Source: Klebsormidium nitens | Taxonomy: Eukaryota > Plantae > Klebsormidiophyceae | DNA: 64,000 nucleotides | Direction: 5' to 3' | Assembly: GCA_000708835.1 (NCBI GenBank) | Contig: DF237343.1 | Span: 19,811-83,810, forward strand | Shown: piece after piece, positions 53,001 through 64,000 of the stretch | Numbering within the stretch: position 1 is the stretch's first letter | How the letters are laid out: each line of letters opens with the position of its first letter | Made by a program: the position numbers and the translations under genes | The notes under the pieces: generated by a model | What the model saw: only the letters and a program-made list of their open reading frames with translations | Told to the model about the DNA's origin: nothing | Databases searched by the model: none

Positions 53001-56000
53001 CGAGTCCCCCCCAAAAAAGGTCAGCTGCCGAACGTTGTCTACCTGAAGGATGAGCTCTGCGTCCCTCAGCTTCTCAACCCCACCCTCTCTCACGATCTCG
53101 GCTAGATTGTCCTGCAGGGAGAATAATGACATGATGAGTTGCACATATCTCAACTGCTGCAGGAAACAACGTTGGAGTCTGTCTTGCCAGGGGTTGAGCC
53201 TTCTTTTTGCTGCAACACGATTCTCCACAGCAGGTTCTCAGGCATAAAAAGCCGCACTCCATATGCACCAACCAACGTCGTCCGAGTCGACAAAATCAAA
53301 CGTCTATTGCTCCGAGCAACAAGAAAGTCAACGCACAGCGTGGATGAAGATACCCGGAGAGCACATAACGACAGATATTCAGAGTATTCAGCAATAACTT
53401 GTCGCGTTACCTCGTTATCTGCCAGGCCGTAGAGCGCAAACGCAGCGTTGTGTTGGACAGCCCCGCTTTTTGAATCGAGCAACTCCAGCAGCGGCCGCAG
53501 ACCGCCGTCATGCACGATGCCAGCCTCGTTGTCCTTATTCTGCACAGTGAGAATCTGCTTTTACAGCTGCAATCTGACAATCTTGGGTTGTCCGTTCCAA
53601 ACCGAATGAAACAACCCCTCATGCACACAAGCTGTTCTCCCCTTCGCGGCATGGAAACCCCCGGAAGCAACTGGCCGACGCCCTACGCGGCTCAACACCT
53701 TCTTCGAGATTCCGGGCACAGCCCTCCTCACAGAGCGACCGAGAAACAGGTGACACTCGCACCCAGCAGGAACATTTACAGACGCTCACTCACCTGTGCT
53801 AATCTTCCAAGTGCAAAAGCCGCCATCTCTTTCAACTGCAAGTCGGGAGCCTCCAGCATTTTGATGAGCGGTCGGACGGCCCCCCGCTGCACTATCCGGA
53901 CCTGCGGACAAGGAAGTTCGCTCAGAGCCACGGATCTGATTACAAAATACAAACGTTCTTTCCAAGCCCCCACGCACAGAAACTTGCTAAGAGGATGGAT
54001 CTCAGAGTTCGAGCAGTTCGTGCATACCTTATTTGCCGAACGTATCGAGGAACAAAGTTCGTTCTATAAAAAGACGGGTTTCCCTGACCTAAATAGACTG
54101 ACTGTGGCTCTTCTGTGGACTTTGATCACCAGCAAAAGGCCGGCAACACGACGACGACCCTCCTCAAGGGTCCAGTCCACGGTACGACTAACCGCCTGCA
54201 GTCGAAGCGACTGCGGCCCAATTTTGGGCAAAATACACAATAAGACCCATCCTGTACACTTTGAGCTCTCACCTTGCAGTCGGGCTCGGCGGTAGAGAAC
54301 TGTCCCAGGAGGAGGGCCGCTTCTCGTTGGCTCTCGGGGCAGCGAGAGCTAAGAAGCGAGATGACGGGCTGCAGGGCGCCCTCTTCGAGAACCCGTTTTT
54401 TGATGGTGGGGGAGGAGTGGACCAGGTTTCCCAGGACGCCGACCTGGAAACGAGGAAGAACTTTTGCAGATTGTTTCAACCGGTACAGTCGTTCGAAGAC
54501 TCGTGCAACCAATCGATAGTGGGGGAGGAGGGGACCAAGTTGCCAAGACCGCCGGCTTGGACACGGGGGAGATTGTAAGCGAGTCCTGTCAATTGGTTAA
54601 AGCGGTTCTATGACCTCAAGGACATCGTTGATGGTGAGGGAGAAGTAGACAAAGCTGCCGAGGATCCCGACTTGGAGACTGCATTCAAATTTCGGGGCTT
54701 CTTTGAACTGCAGCAGTTTGTTGAATTGCGCGACTTCTGTCAAGACGGTATATCGTGCGAGGAACTAGCTGCAATTGCCCGCTCTTACTGCGCTTGATCG
54801 CACCATAGGCAACCTTCTAATGATGAAGACGGACTCCTGCCGACTGGTTATTGCGTAAGGAGTGCGTTCCCCCCAAAGCCCCTGACGAATTGCTGTTTCA
54901 TCCTTGACCAGGCATTCTAGACAATTCAGGCCGTTTGTTGCAGTGGACGAGTGCAGTCGCCTTCTCAATGGCAGCCGCCATCACGAAAGCGAAAACAGGG
55001 TGATTATAACTGCTACCAAGTCTGATTATGAGATGCACGCTGAATCTCCTGTGACTGTCTTATTCAGGTTTGAACATACAAGGAGCGCTGTATGACACTG
55101 TCGTTTGTCGGGTAACTCTTGGCCACGTTTGTACACAAGAATTGGCGCAGAACAAGGACTTACAGCTTCATAATGGATGCCGACATCCTCGGAGCGCAGC
55201 ATGAAGACCAGAGTCGGCAATGCTTGGCACTCCACGATCTGCACAAGGGAAGAACCTTTTGCGACTCCAAAGTCGCTCTTCGATCTTTACGGCCAACTCT
55301 GACTACTACTTGCACATACCCCATCTCGTAAATCGACAGCCATCACTACAGATGCTTTGAACTCTGATCCGAGCTTCGCTTGTTTCTTGTGTCGACGCTA
55401 TAAGAGAGAACAGCAGACCTGACCTCTGCAACAGAAGACCTCGAAACGAAGTCCTTCATGCATCACGTCTGGTTTTTGCGACTAAACCCAGGCTCGCCGT
55501 CACTTATTGATGCAGATTGACAAAGCGTCTGGAGGGTTTCAACATAGATACGTTGGCGTTGATATGAAGTCCTACTTACAAGACACCGAACATAGATTGA
55601 AGAAGGAAACTCCAACTCCTCACCTGCACCTTGTTCTGCTCATTCTTGAAAGCTAGCGTGCGCAGTGATCCAGCTGCTGCTCGTTGAACTTTGACGTCTG
55701 GACACTCTAGAAGGGCGACAAGAGGAGGGATGGCGCCTTCGCTTCTGCAAAACAAGAGTCGCGGAGTGTTGTCGCTTTTAAGGACAAAAAAATCGCTGCT
55801 GCAGACAAGAGCCACAGGGAGTTCTTTACTGCTGAGTACAGAGAGAGCGAACAGATCTATACATTGAGCACTGGAGAGTATTGCCCCTTCTTCGAACTCC
55901 TCAGATGATTGAACAAGTCCAAGCGAGACTGCATCATAGTAACGTGCTGAGAACACCGCTCTCACCTGACTCGTGACTTGATGTTAGCATTTTCATGCGC

Positions 56001-57667
56001 CATGTTTGTGATGGCATCTGCCGCCCTCCGTATTGCTCCATAAACGACCCTGTCCCCGTAAGTGGCCGGCCGTTGCAGAATGGAGATAAGAGCAGGGAGG
56101 GCGCCGGCATCCGCTATCATTCGTTGGTGCTCCGGCTGCAGCAAGGTATGACGCGTAAGACCGATTGCAGTTTCTAGAGACTGTACTTGGAGCGAGGTTC
56201 AACTGGAAAAAGTCCTTGAATTTGATCAATGTGACAAGGATCGCTGCTCCTTCCAGACATCCAGAATTCAGCAATGCTTCTGGCAATGACAGAGGCAGTG
56301 CTTTCCATTGGATAGAAGACTTGACATGTTTGTGGCCTGACTGTCTTTGCAGGTTGCCTGAGGTGGCTGATTTCCAGTGAAGAGAAACATCTGAGGCTTG
56401 CAAAGACGAAATTGATCGCAGAACCTACAACCTATGCTGGCAAAAAGCTTGATTCACACCGATGCAACCATTTCAAGAATAAGAGCTGAGCATGATAGCT
56501 CCATCAACCAGGGCATGAACTGTACCCATCCAGCAAAGCGGTGTCAAGACAGAAAGTCAATGTGAAAGCAACTGACCAGGCAAGCGGAAGCAGCCTAGAA
56601 GAAGAAGAACAAGAGGCACTCAAATCGTTTTTCAAAAGACACTGTGTCCCGTCAAGGGATCCCTCACCTTGATTGCCAGCAGGCCCAAGGCAAATGCTGC
56701 ATCCTTTTCAACCTCATGTTCATATGCTATTCTTTCGTCAGGGTGCAGCAACGGAGGTGCCGCTAAATGCGGGACAAGGGCGTCTACTGCACCGGTCTGC
56801 ACTATCATGTCAATGTTTCCACCTGCAACCAAGAAGACTGGTTGCGCAAGCTGCCTCGAGTTTCATATCATCACAGATTACTGCTCATCAGATTTTAAGA
56901 TCTTCCCACACAGATCCTTCTGAATTTCAGAACTGACTCAGCACGTCAACACAGTATTTGTTCTAGATTGACAGGACTAACAAATCCCAACCTGTCCGCA
57001 GCATATCCGGTTTTGGTGGTGCAGTTGTATCTGTTGAGCTAGGTCAGTTTACACAGTGACACAGGTTCTTGAAAGCTTGATTATAGTTGTGAGAATATGG
57101 GCGTGGTCAGTAGATTATGTCACTCTGGACTGATCAGTGGCTCAAGAAAACAATGAGCAGCTTGTGGACACGGACGCAGCTGACAAAGACACACAGAGTT
57201 TCTCAACAAACGTCTATGAGGAACTTTTTGAGAAACTAGAGCAGCTTTTCCTACAGAACCAAATGCTGCTTGTTGGCATATTGCTTCACCATTCGCAAGA
57301 GGGCAAACACACTGGAGCCTGAAGAAATAAGCTCAATATGCACTCAGTATGGCAGATTGCATTAAGAAGTGGCGCAACAAAGCGAAGTACTTATGAAAGT
57401 GCAACTCAAGCTATCATGAAGAAAGGTCCTTTCTGCCGTACCTTTTTTTGCAAAGTCAGCTAGTGCGTGAGCAGCTTGTCGAGCCGCATCCCTGTCTTTT
57501 GCTCGGAGCGAGTAGGTGGTTCTGAGAACACTGATGTGCATTTGTATCTCGCGGAGGGCCAAATCCGTGTCGTCCCCTTCACCAACAGGAAAGAATGTTT
57601 CTGAATGCTTTCGCTTCTGCCCCTTCCGCTCATTCTCGCTAGCATCTGGACCCGACACGCTGGACAT
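50014..57667 (-). CDS. ARIA: Armadillo-repeat + BTB protein, ARIA/ABAP1 family, 15 exons
   Basis: ARM repeats (EVEKDAAFALGLLAIK, AADAITNMAHEN, VQRAAAGSLRTLAFKN, QREAALLLGQF, QHNAAFALYGLADNE) and a BTB domain (SDVSFVVDGQRFYAHRIALLASSDAFRAMF...LLRAADQYLLEGLKRQCE). The last exon 50107-50014 reads YTSMIQRMVPEIREY. Confidence 0.96.
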
Positions 57668-60252
57668 TATGTCACTGGAGAACCTTTCCCTCGACTTCCC
57701 AGCAGCCTAACCAACTCGAGCAAGAAGCGAGGATGTCTGAAGCTTGCTAGGCGGAGGCCAATCAAAGCATTCGCCTGCAATTGGAGCAGAACTTTGCTTA
57801 TTGCAGAGTCCTAGAAGCACTCATCGTTCCACTCCACCCTTCTTGCCCCGTCTCCTAATATACCGGCACTCTTGTTCCGGCGACGAACTCTCAGAGTCAG
57901 CCTTTTGTACCGCAGAAGAGATCTCTACTTGCGTGCCTTTATAGAAAAGCCCTCTGAAAAATTGACGGCAGAAGGGGCTCCACAACGGTGAAACTAGTCC
58001 CTGCAAAAGCTTGAGATAGACAGGCCAGCAAAATCTGACATGAGCAGGAGAAATCTTCCGAAGAAGACGCGCCTGTAGCGCCGGCGGCCAGAGAGCGGCA
58101 AACCGACTTCAGCCCAGGTGTCCACTTTTCGAGGCATGATCTGCATCATCTTTCGTGTCAAATCTGAAAGTGTGCGCGCGCATAAACCTTGATGTCAACG
58201 TGACAGACGCTTCAGCTCTTTTCAAGCAACCTGCCGATTTTAAATAGAGAGGGAAGCTTAAAAAGTTAGTCAAGTCAAAGAGCTACATAGTCAGGTTGTT
58301 TAGTTGTCGCTATAATGTCGCGGTCTGCGACCAACTCGATCATCTAACTTTGTAAGCTTCCCTCTCTAACTTGAATCGGCAGGCCGCTCGCGAAGAGCTG
58401 TTATACCTGCCGCCTCGGCTTTTGGAAGGATAAAACCCAACACGAATCCACAACAGTTCGACGGCTTGATTTCTTAGTGAACAAAAGGTAACCCATTCGA
58501 GCATGGTCGTCGAAGCACTTAGGGACACAGTACCATGGCCTATTCAAGTTAAGCTCGTCGGGCAGGGCCTTTTGTTACAGAAACAAACTCCGAATTTTGA
58601 TCTAAAAACAGTGCTCACCGGAATCCTTCATCTAATAGATCTACCTTTAAGTTCAAGACGTCCGCCATGAGCGGGGCAGCCCTGCTTTGATACGGTTGCC
58701 TGTTGGTAGAGAGGCCAGTAGCTACACGACAAAACTGTCTCCGCAAATCTGCACCGTCGGATGTTCAAGACATTTGTTATTTTAACCGTGCGATCGCCCC
58801 TCAGGTCCCCGGTCGGTCAAGTGGTGGAGGTCGGGTTCACTCAAGCGGAGTCCACACGTGCGGCACAAATTGGAAGTCGGTCAATTAATCACGCGCGCGT
58901 TGTATACCTATACCGCCGGCAGTTGATTCACGTGACACGCCGTGAACCGTCGATCATGACACGTCAACTAAAGAATCCGCTTCACTGCCTACCTGTCAGA
59001 TTGATTGGTTGTGACACACAAGGCCAGCCCGGGGCCGGGGCCCAAGCACAGGACGACCGACCACCCGGGACTGGACCGTGTCAGGAAATTCGGTCCATCT
59101 GCACACTGACCGATTTGACGGTCTCTTTCCCCGGGCACAAGGATGACCACCACTGGGTTGCTTCGCTGGTAATTCAGTCACCTGTCAGAAGGACCAATTT
59201 TATTGGCAAAATTCTGTCCCGGGCTCTTCCATTGGACATACTCCAGTCTGCTCCCTTAAGTTGAGTGCCTACCCGGGGCGCAGTTTTTAAAAATTGGTCG
59301 ACTGGACTCTGGAGTCTGTACCCTCCCCGTACCCTCCCGTTGCGCCATTGCAGAAGGCTGTCATTCCGTCCGGGTCAACAGCATGGCCCCAACTTGAATG
59401 CGTCGCCATGTGAAACAATAAGATTTGAAGAACACACGCTTTCTTGTTATTATAGAAACGCTTTGCCAACCTTTTCTTGTTGTTTGGCATAGCGAAAAGA
59501 GATCGACATGCATCACAACTTTATTAGAACCACCTGCCTAGCTAGCAATTCAATCATCCGCTTTAGCGCGGCAGCGATACAGTAGTCACATATTGTAATA
59601 GTGCAGTATCAGTGCCAGTGTACTGCAACCCATATGTAGCTAAGTTCATTCATGATGTGCCAACATTGAATGGATCCGCGGACATGCATGTGCACGACTT
59701 GGTTCGTCGAATCTAACCTATGATTCGGCGTAAAACGCCTTCGAACGATGCAATTTCAATTAAAATGTCCGAATGATCACTTTACATCAATTGTCTACTG
59801 TATAGCACGCAATACCATGCATATATATACAACCTTATACATCAAATATATTGGCCGCCATGTGATCGCAGCTAATCATTAAACCGCACAATTCCGGTTC
59901 CCGGCACAAACAAACAGGCCGCTTGTTCGATCATTTCAAATGGTATACTGTGCACAGTAACAAGTAGACTCAAGTGTGTTCGCATATATGAATATATTGA
60001 TAGGAGCTATGCGGTGCGCAGGAAACCTCCTGAGGTGTGGACTATATATACAATTACATGCTTGAGATGCACACTATAATGTGTATCATTGCGCTTGCAA
60101 CAAATAATGCAATACGGTGATCGCTTTCAAAGCAGACCGCTCCCTCGAAGCTTCATTCAAATACCTAAACGCAATAGATCCTGAAGGGTTAAAGAAAACT
60201 TCGTATAACAATAATATATCATCTTTCGTACACAGACTTGTTTGTAAGCGTC

Positions 60253-61130
60253 CTATAGGCCTGCATTAGCAAAAGGTATCAATGATAGCCTCAGATGCGT
60301 GCGCATCCGAGGGATTGCTACGGCTGCGTATGCTCTTGTCATCTTGCCAATCTGCTTGCCTTCGTAGCCTAGACAGAGTAGCCATGCGGTCAGGCACACA
60401 AAAACCCCACCCACAGTCTAGGCTATTGGGAGACTAAGGGAACGTAGCGCTCCCACTTTCACCGATACCCATTTTCTCTTCGACGTCAAGGTTCCCAGCT
60501 GAGAAGAGGATCGTCGCAATACGACTCAATCCGGCTCTGATTGACCTCGACAAACTCTTGCCATATGAGTCGAAGTACTTCACCAAAATCGAAGCACCGC
60601 TGCCCCCTACCGATTCATACATTACCGCGCACGTCCAATGATCCACCCCCGCACCAGGAATGTGGATGCAGATTCCGACCTTCTTTGGACCGAGCTCCTT
60701 GACCGACTTGAGCACGCCCGACAGGTTAGCAAACGCTTTGCTAGCCTCGCTCCCTCTCAACTCCCCCACCGCAGTGACTGACTTCCAAAGACCGACGGGA
60801 CACCACGTCACAATGCTATCGGTGCTGGAACTAGCAAAACTGATAACCTGAAGAAAGGTGCCAAGCACCTCGCTTGCAAGCTGGCAATTGGCGCCGGTTT
60901 GGTGGTGTAGCTCGGTAGGAGACGGACGCCACTGAAGCCGTCGCTGGAAACCGTTGCGATATGCGACGGTTTCAATCGGTGGCAGTGGCAGCTCCCAGCC
61001 GTTCACACAGGCCGGGATGTCCAGGTTCACCGGGGGAGCCGCATCCCTCTGCAGAATCAAGTGAACATCGGAAGTGAGAGCTCTTCAAGTACTCTTTGTC
61101 CATGTAAGAAGTGTGACCATTCGAACCTGA
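60253..61130 (-). pseudogene. Decayed Ulp1/SENP-like (peptidase C48) cysteine protease
   Basis: His box GVDHWTCAV and Asp box KYFDSYG lie in ORF 61060-60434. After a TAG (60434-60436) comes SPNSLDCG, and removing one TGGG duplicate restores DCGVFVCLTAWLL...IPRMRTHL. A second in-frame TGA lies at 61085-61087. Possible further upstream exons near 61390-61680. Confidence 0.8.
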
Positions 61131-62021
61131 CAAGTAGAAAATTTGAGCACTGGTTGCCCACAGTGGTAAAACGACTGAACGAGAGTGCTTTGTGAATGAT
61201 CTTGGATAGATCAAACGGTTCACGAGACGCTTTTCCACTTTCATACCCAGTCCAGTAATAGCTCAGACTGTTCGAGTGCACATTGTTCCATCGGACACCA
61301 GCCTGTATGCAAGCTTTAGGATCTAAGCGGATCTGCGTGTAATGATCGCTTGGGCCTTACCTCTGTACGCATTCCGGTCGATCTCGCTCGCTTGCTAACA
61401 TGAGTGCCGATGGGAAAGCGGTCCAGAATTTGAGTGTCGTCATCCAGCTCCTGCAAAAGGAGAGCACAATTTTTGCAGGCTAAAAAGCCGCAACCATCCT
61501 CGTCAGGCAAGCGCCTCCTCCACTCGAAAGACAAAAGACAGGACTGCTCGGCGCACCTACTTTTCAACATACAAACGGACAGGCAAACCCGCATCGAGTC
61601 ACAAGCATTCACCATTGAAAACTCTCTAGCCCGGCGTCGGCCACTCGTGCGAAGTTCGACTGTCGCAGCAGATCCCTTCTGCAAAGAACCGAAGTTGTAT
61701 ACAGAGTCAGCACATATAAGAACGTCTCAAACCAAGGGTCTCAAAACATGTTGGTCTCAAGCGACGCACGTGGCACAAACGGCTTGCATTTATTGATAAA
61801 AGAGTGCCCGTTTTGCTTTCATTAGTGATCAGTTCAAGACAATTCATTGTTTACTGTAACTTGCAGTCACGGAGATGCGTAATCACTTACAATCGTGCAT
61901 TCACCAGAAGCATGAACCTCGACCAAACCGTCCAACACGCTGCTGCGTGGCGCGTTCTGCGCGCGCGGGGGCGAGACGGCTGAGGCGCCGGGGGCGCAGC
62001 CTGGGTCGCCACGTGGCGCGA

Positions 62022-62262
62022 NNNNNNNNNNNNNNNNNNNNNNNNNNNNNNNNNNNNNNNNNNNNNNNNNNNNNNNNNNNNNNNNNNNNNNNNNNNNNNN
62101 NNNNNNNNNNNNNNNNNNNNNNNNNNNNNNNNNNNNNNNNNNNNNNNNNNNNNNNNNNNNNNNNNNNNNNNNNNNNNNNNNNNNNNNNNNNNNNNNNNNN
62201 NNNNNNNNNNNNNNNNNNNNNNNNNNNNNNNNNNNNNNNNNNNNNNNNNNNNNNNNNNNNNN
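62022..62262. other. Assembly gap (241 N)
   Basis: Run of N. Confidence 1.
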
Positions 62263-62743
62263 TAGCAGCTGTTGTATGTGTGTAAGTGCGGTGGCGCTTG
62301 TGTATGCGCTGTGGCGCCAGTGAATGCAATCAGCCCATAGGTGTATGAGGCTTTATTTGATACGTACGAGAAGTTTTGTAAGCCTTGTATACTGCAAGGT
62401 TTATCATTGATCAGTCACAAGCGCAGCTTGCAAGGGCAGCAGAGGAAAGTTTGTGCAAGGAGCCTGATTACATCCTAGTGGTGGCGGGCCTGGCAGTGGT
62501 GGTGGCATTGTGTCAACACCAGGGTTGTCAAAAGTGTGAAAACAGCTGGAGTAACGGCTGTGTCGCAGGCAGCGGGGTGAAGTGGTGAGCCAGCTTGAGA
62601 GCAGGTGTCGAGGCCTGTCAAGTTGTGTGCCATTGAAGCATTTTAGGGGGCAGCCAGGCTGCCGGCGTCAGCGTTGCAGCAGCACTGAGGCTGAACCGAG
62701 ACGTCAGACCTGCGTCAGCGTCCAGGTGAAGGGTTGGGCAAAC

Positions 62744-62806
62744 TTGCGGGTGCGCAGTGTGTCATGTTGCGGGTGCGCAACAATTGTGTGAAGTTGCGGG
62801 TGCGCA
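62744..62806 (+). repeat. TTGCGGGTGCGCA x3 in the retroelement leader/LTR
   Basis: Exact 13-mers at 62744, 62767 and 62794. Confidence 0.9.
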
Positions 62807-62943
62807 GCCAGGTGTGGCATTGGTGTAACTTGCAAGTGGTGGTAAACGTTGGTGTTTTAATGGCAACCAGATATGCGTCAGCGGTGGTGTCAGTGGAGCG
62901 GAGTGCGAGGGTGTCAGATCGCTACAGTGGGCGGCCGGGGTCA

Positions 62944-63975
62944 ATGGCGTTGGAGGATTTTGAAGACAGGCTTGAGGCGGAGTATGCACGGGCGTGCATG
63001 AAGGAGAAGAAGCTAAGCAGGGCAGATTTCTTGAAGCAGCTTCCAGCGTTTCTTGAGGATGAGGCTCTGCAGGTGTGGCGTGGCAAGAGAAAAGACATCC
63101 TCACGCCGCCAAAGGAGGGCGTGAGTGAGTGGGATCCTCTGGAAGAAGTAGTGGCGTTGTTTCGTGAGGAGTTTGGGGCGGCCAGTGCGGATAAGGTGCG
63201 GGAGTTGAAGACCTTGCAGAAGCGGCCAGACGAGACGTGTCGTATGCTGAAGGCACGCCTGCAGAGGCTTGCGCGGGAGACGGGCTCATTGAATGAGCAG
63301 GATCAGGCATTGGCCTTTTTGAAGGCCCTACCAAGGTGGCTTAGGGAGAAGGTGGAAGTGATGCTGTGGGGGGGAAACCGCGGGGGGGTTTCGCTGAACC
63401 AAGCATTCGAGCTGGCGGAAAACATTGACCTGGGGCAGGCTTTCTCGGAGGAGTTGGAGCCGGAGCCGGAGCGGGTGGTTGAGTTTCCAACGGGGCCTTT
63501 CTCAGAAGAGCCTGTTCGGGCGGCCGTGGCAGTCGCAGGGAAGGGCCCGTGTTATCGTTGTGGGGCGGCAGATCATATTGCCGGGGACTGTCGGGTAAGC
63601 AGTAAAGTGCAGTGCAGGGTGTGTCGGAAGACGGGGCATGCGGAGGCTGCGTGTTGGCAACGCAATCCAAGTTTGAAGCCGGAATGGGCAGGCGGTGCAG
63701 AGAAGCGGGAGAACGGAAGGCCCGAGCAGGGGGGGGATCTGCGTGCAGAAGTGACAGCGATGAAGTCCGAGCTTGGGGAGTTGCGGAGCATGATGGCGGA
63801 GTTGCTGAAGCGGAGCGATGGAGGTGGTGGCGGGGCCACAGCTCGTACCAAGGCGGACGTAATAGCGGCCCGGGGGGGCGTGGTTTTGGAGGATTGGGAG
63901 ATTGGCAGCGACGACGAGCCGACGGAAGAGCGCGCACGTCGCGAGCAGCTTGCGCGCATCCATGGGTATGATTAG
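62944..63975 (+). CDS. gag: Retrotransposon Gag (capsid-like domain + two CX2CX4HX4C zinc knuckles)
   Basis: ATG at 62944. FREEFG...LKTLQKRPDETCRMLKARLQRLA...FLKALPRWLR; CYRCGAADHIAGDC and CRVCRKTGHAEAAC. Confidence 0.9.
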   Translation: MALEDFEDRLEAEYARACMKEKKLSRADFLKQLPAFLEDEALQVWRGKRKDILTPPKEGVSEWDPLEEVVALFREEFGAASADKVRELKTLQKRPDETCRMLKARLQRLARETGSLNEQDQALAFLKALPRWLREKVEVMLWGGNRGGVSLNQAFELAENIDLGQAFSEELEPEPERVVEFPTGPFSEEPVRAAVAVAGKGPCYRCGAADHIAGDCRVSSKVQCRVCRKTGHAEAACWQRNPSLKPEWAGGAEKRENGRPEQGGDLRAEVTAMKSELGELRSMMAELLKRSDGGGGGATARTKADVIAARGGVVLEDWEIGSDDEPTEERARREQLARIHGYD

Positions 63976-64000
63976 GCAGGCAGTGCCGGGACGGCACAGC

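Larger units (their letters stand above)
62263..64000 (+). mobile_element. LTR retrotransposon, probably Ty3/gypsy, 5' part only (LTR/leader + gag); boundaries not determinable
   Basis: Retrotransposon gag with two CCHC knuckles, an adjacent assembly gap and a repetitive TG-rich leader. No pol domain is inside the window, so the superfamily is inferred from gag. Confidence 0.75.

Noticed and set aside
58761-59490. ORFs of 167 aa (+) and 67 aa (-)
   Set aside because: No recognisable domain or splice structure.

Overview
Intron-rich eukaryotic genomic DNA with GT-AG introns of roughly 0.1-1 kb. The gene set (ARIA/ABAP1, GBPL3-type GBP, SKL2-type pseudokinase, plant-type ZIP) points to a streptophyte; a charophyte alga such as Klebsormidium is my inference, not verified. 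I assembled ten spliced genes by hand: histone H4 (-), ZIP metal transporter (+), guanylate-binding protein GBPL3-like (-), shikimate-kinase-like SKL2 (+), secreted cystatin (-), JmjC-only oxygenase (+), BTB protein (-), GNAT acetyltransferase ending in SRL (+), MCM10 (-) and ARIA/ABAP1 (-). The right end holds a decayed Ulp1/C48 protease, a 241-N gap and the gag of a Ty3/gypsy-type retrotransposon. The most notable observations are: (1) MCM10 is about 1,315 aa, keeps the animal-type C-terminal zinc domain and carries a 707-codon repetitive exon with its own zinc finger; (2) H4 contains an intron and an M84F substitution; (3) palindrome-dense islands recur at gene 3' ends; (4) the gag stop is followed by a readthrough-like hairpin; (5) the first nine genes alternate strictly in orientation. 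All models are manual and no database search was run.
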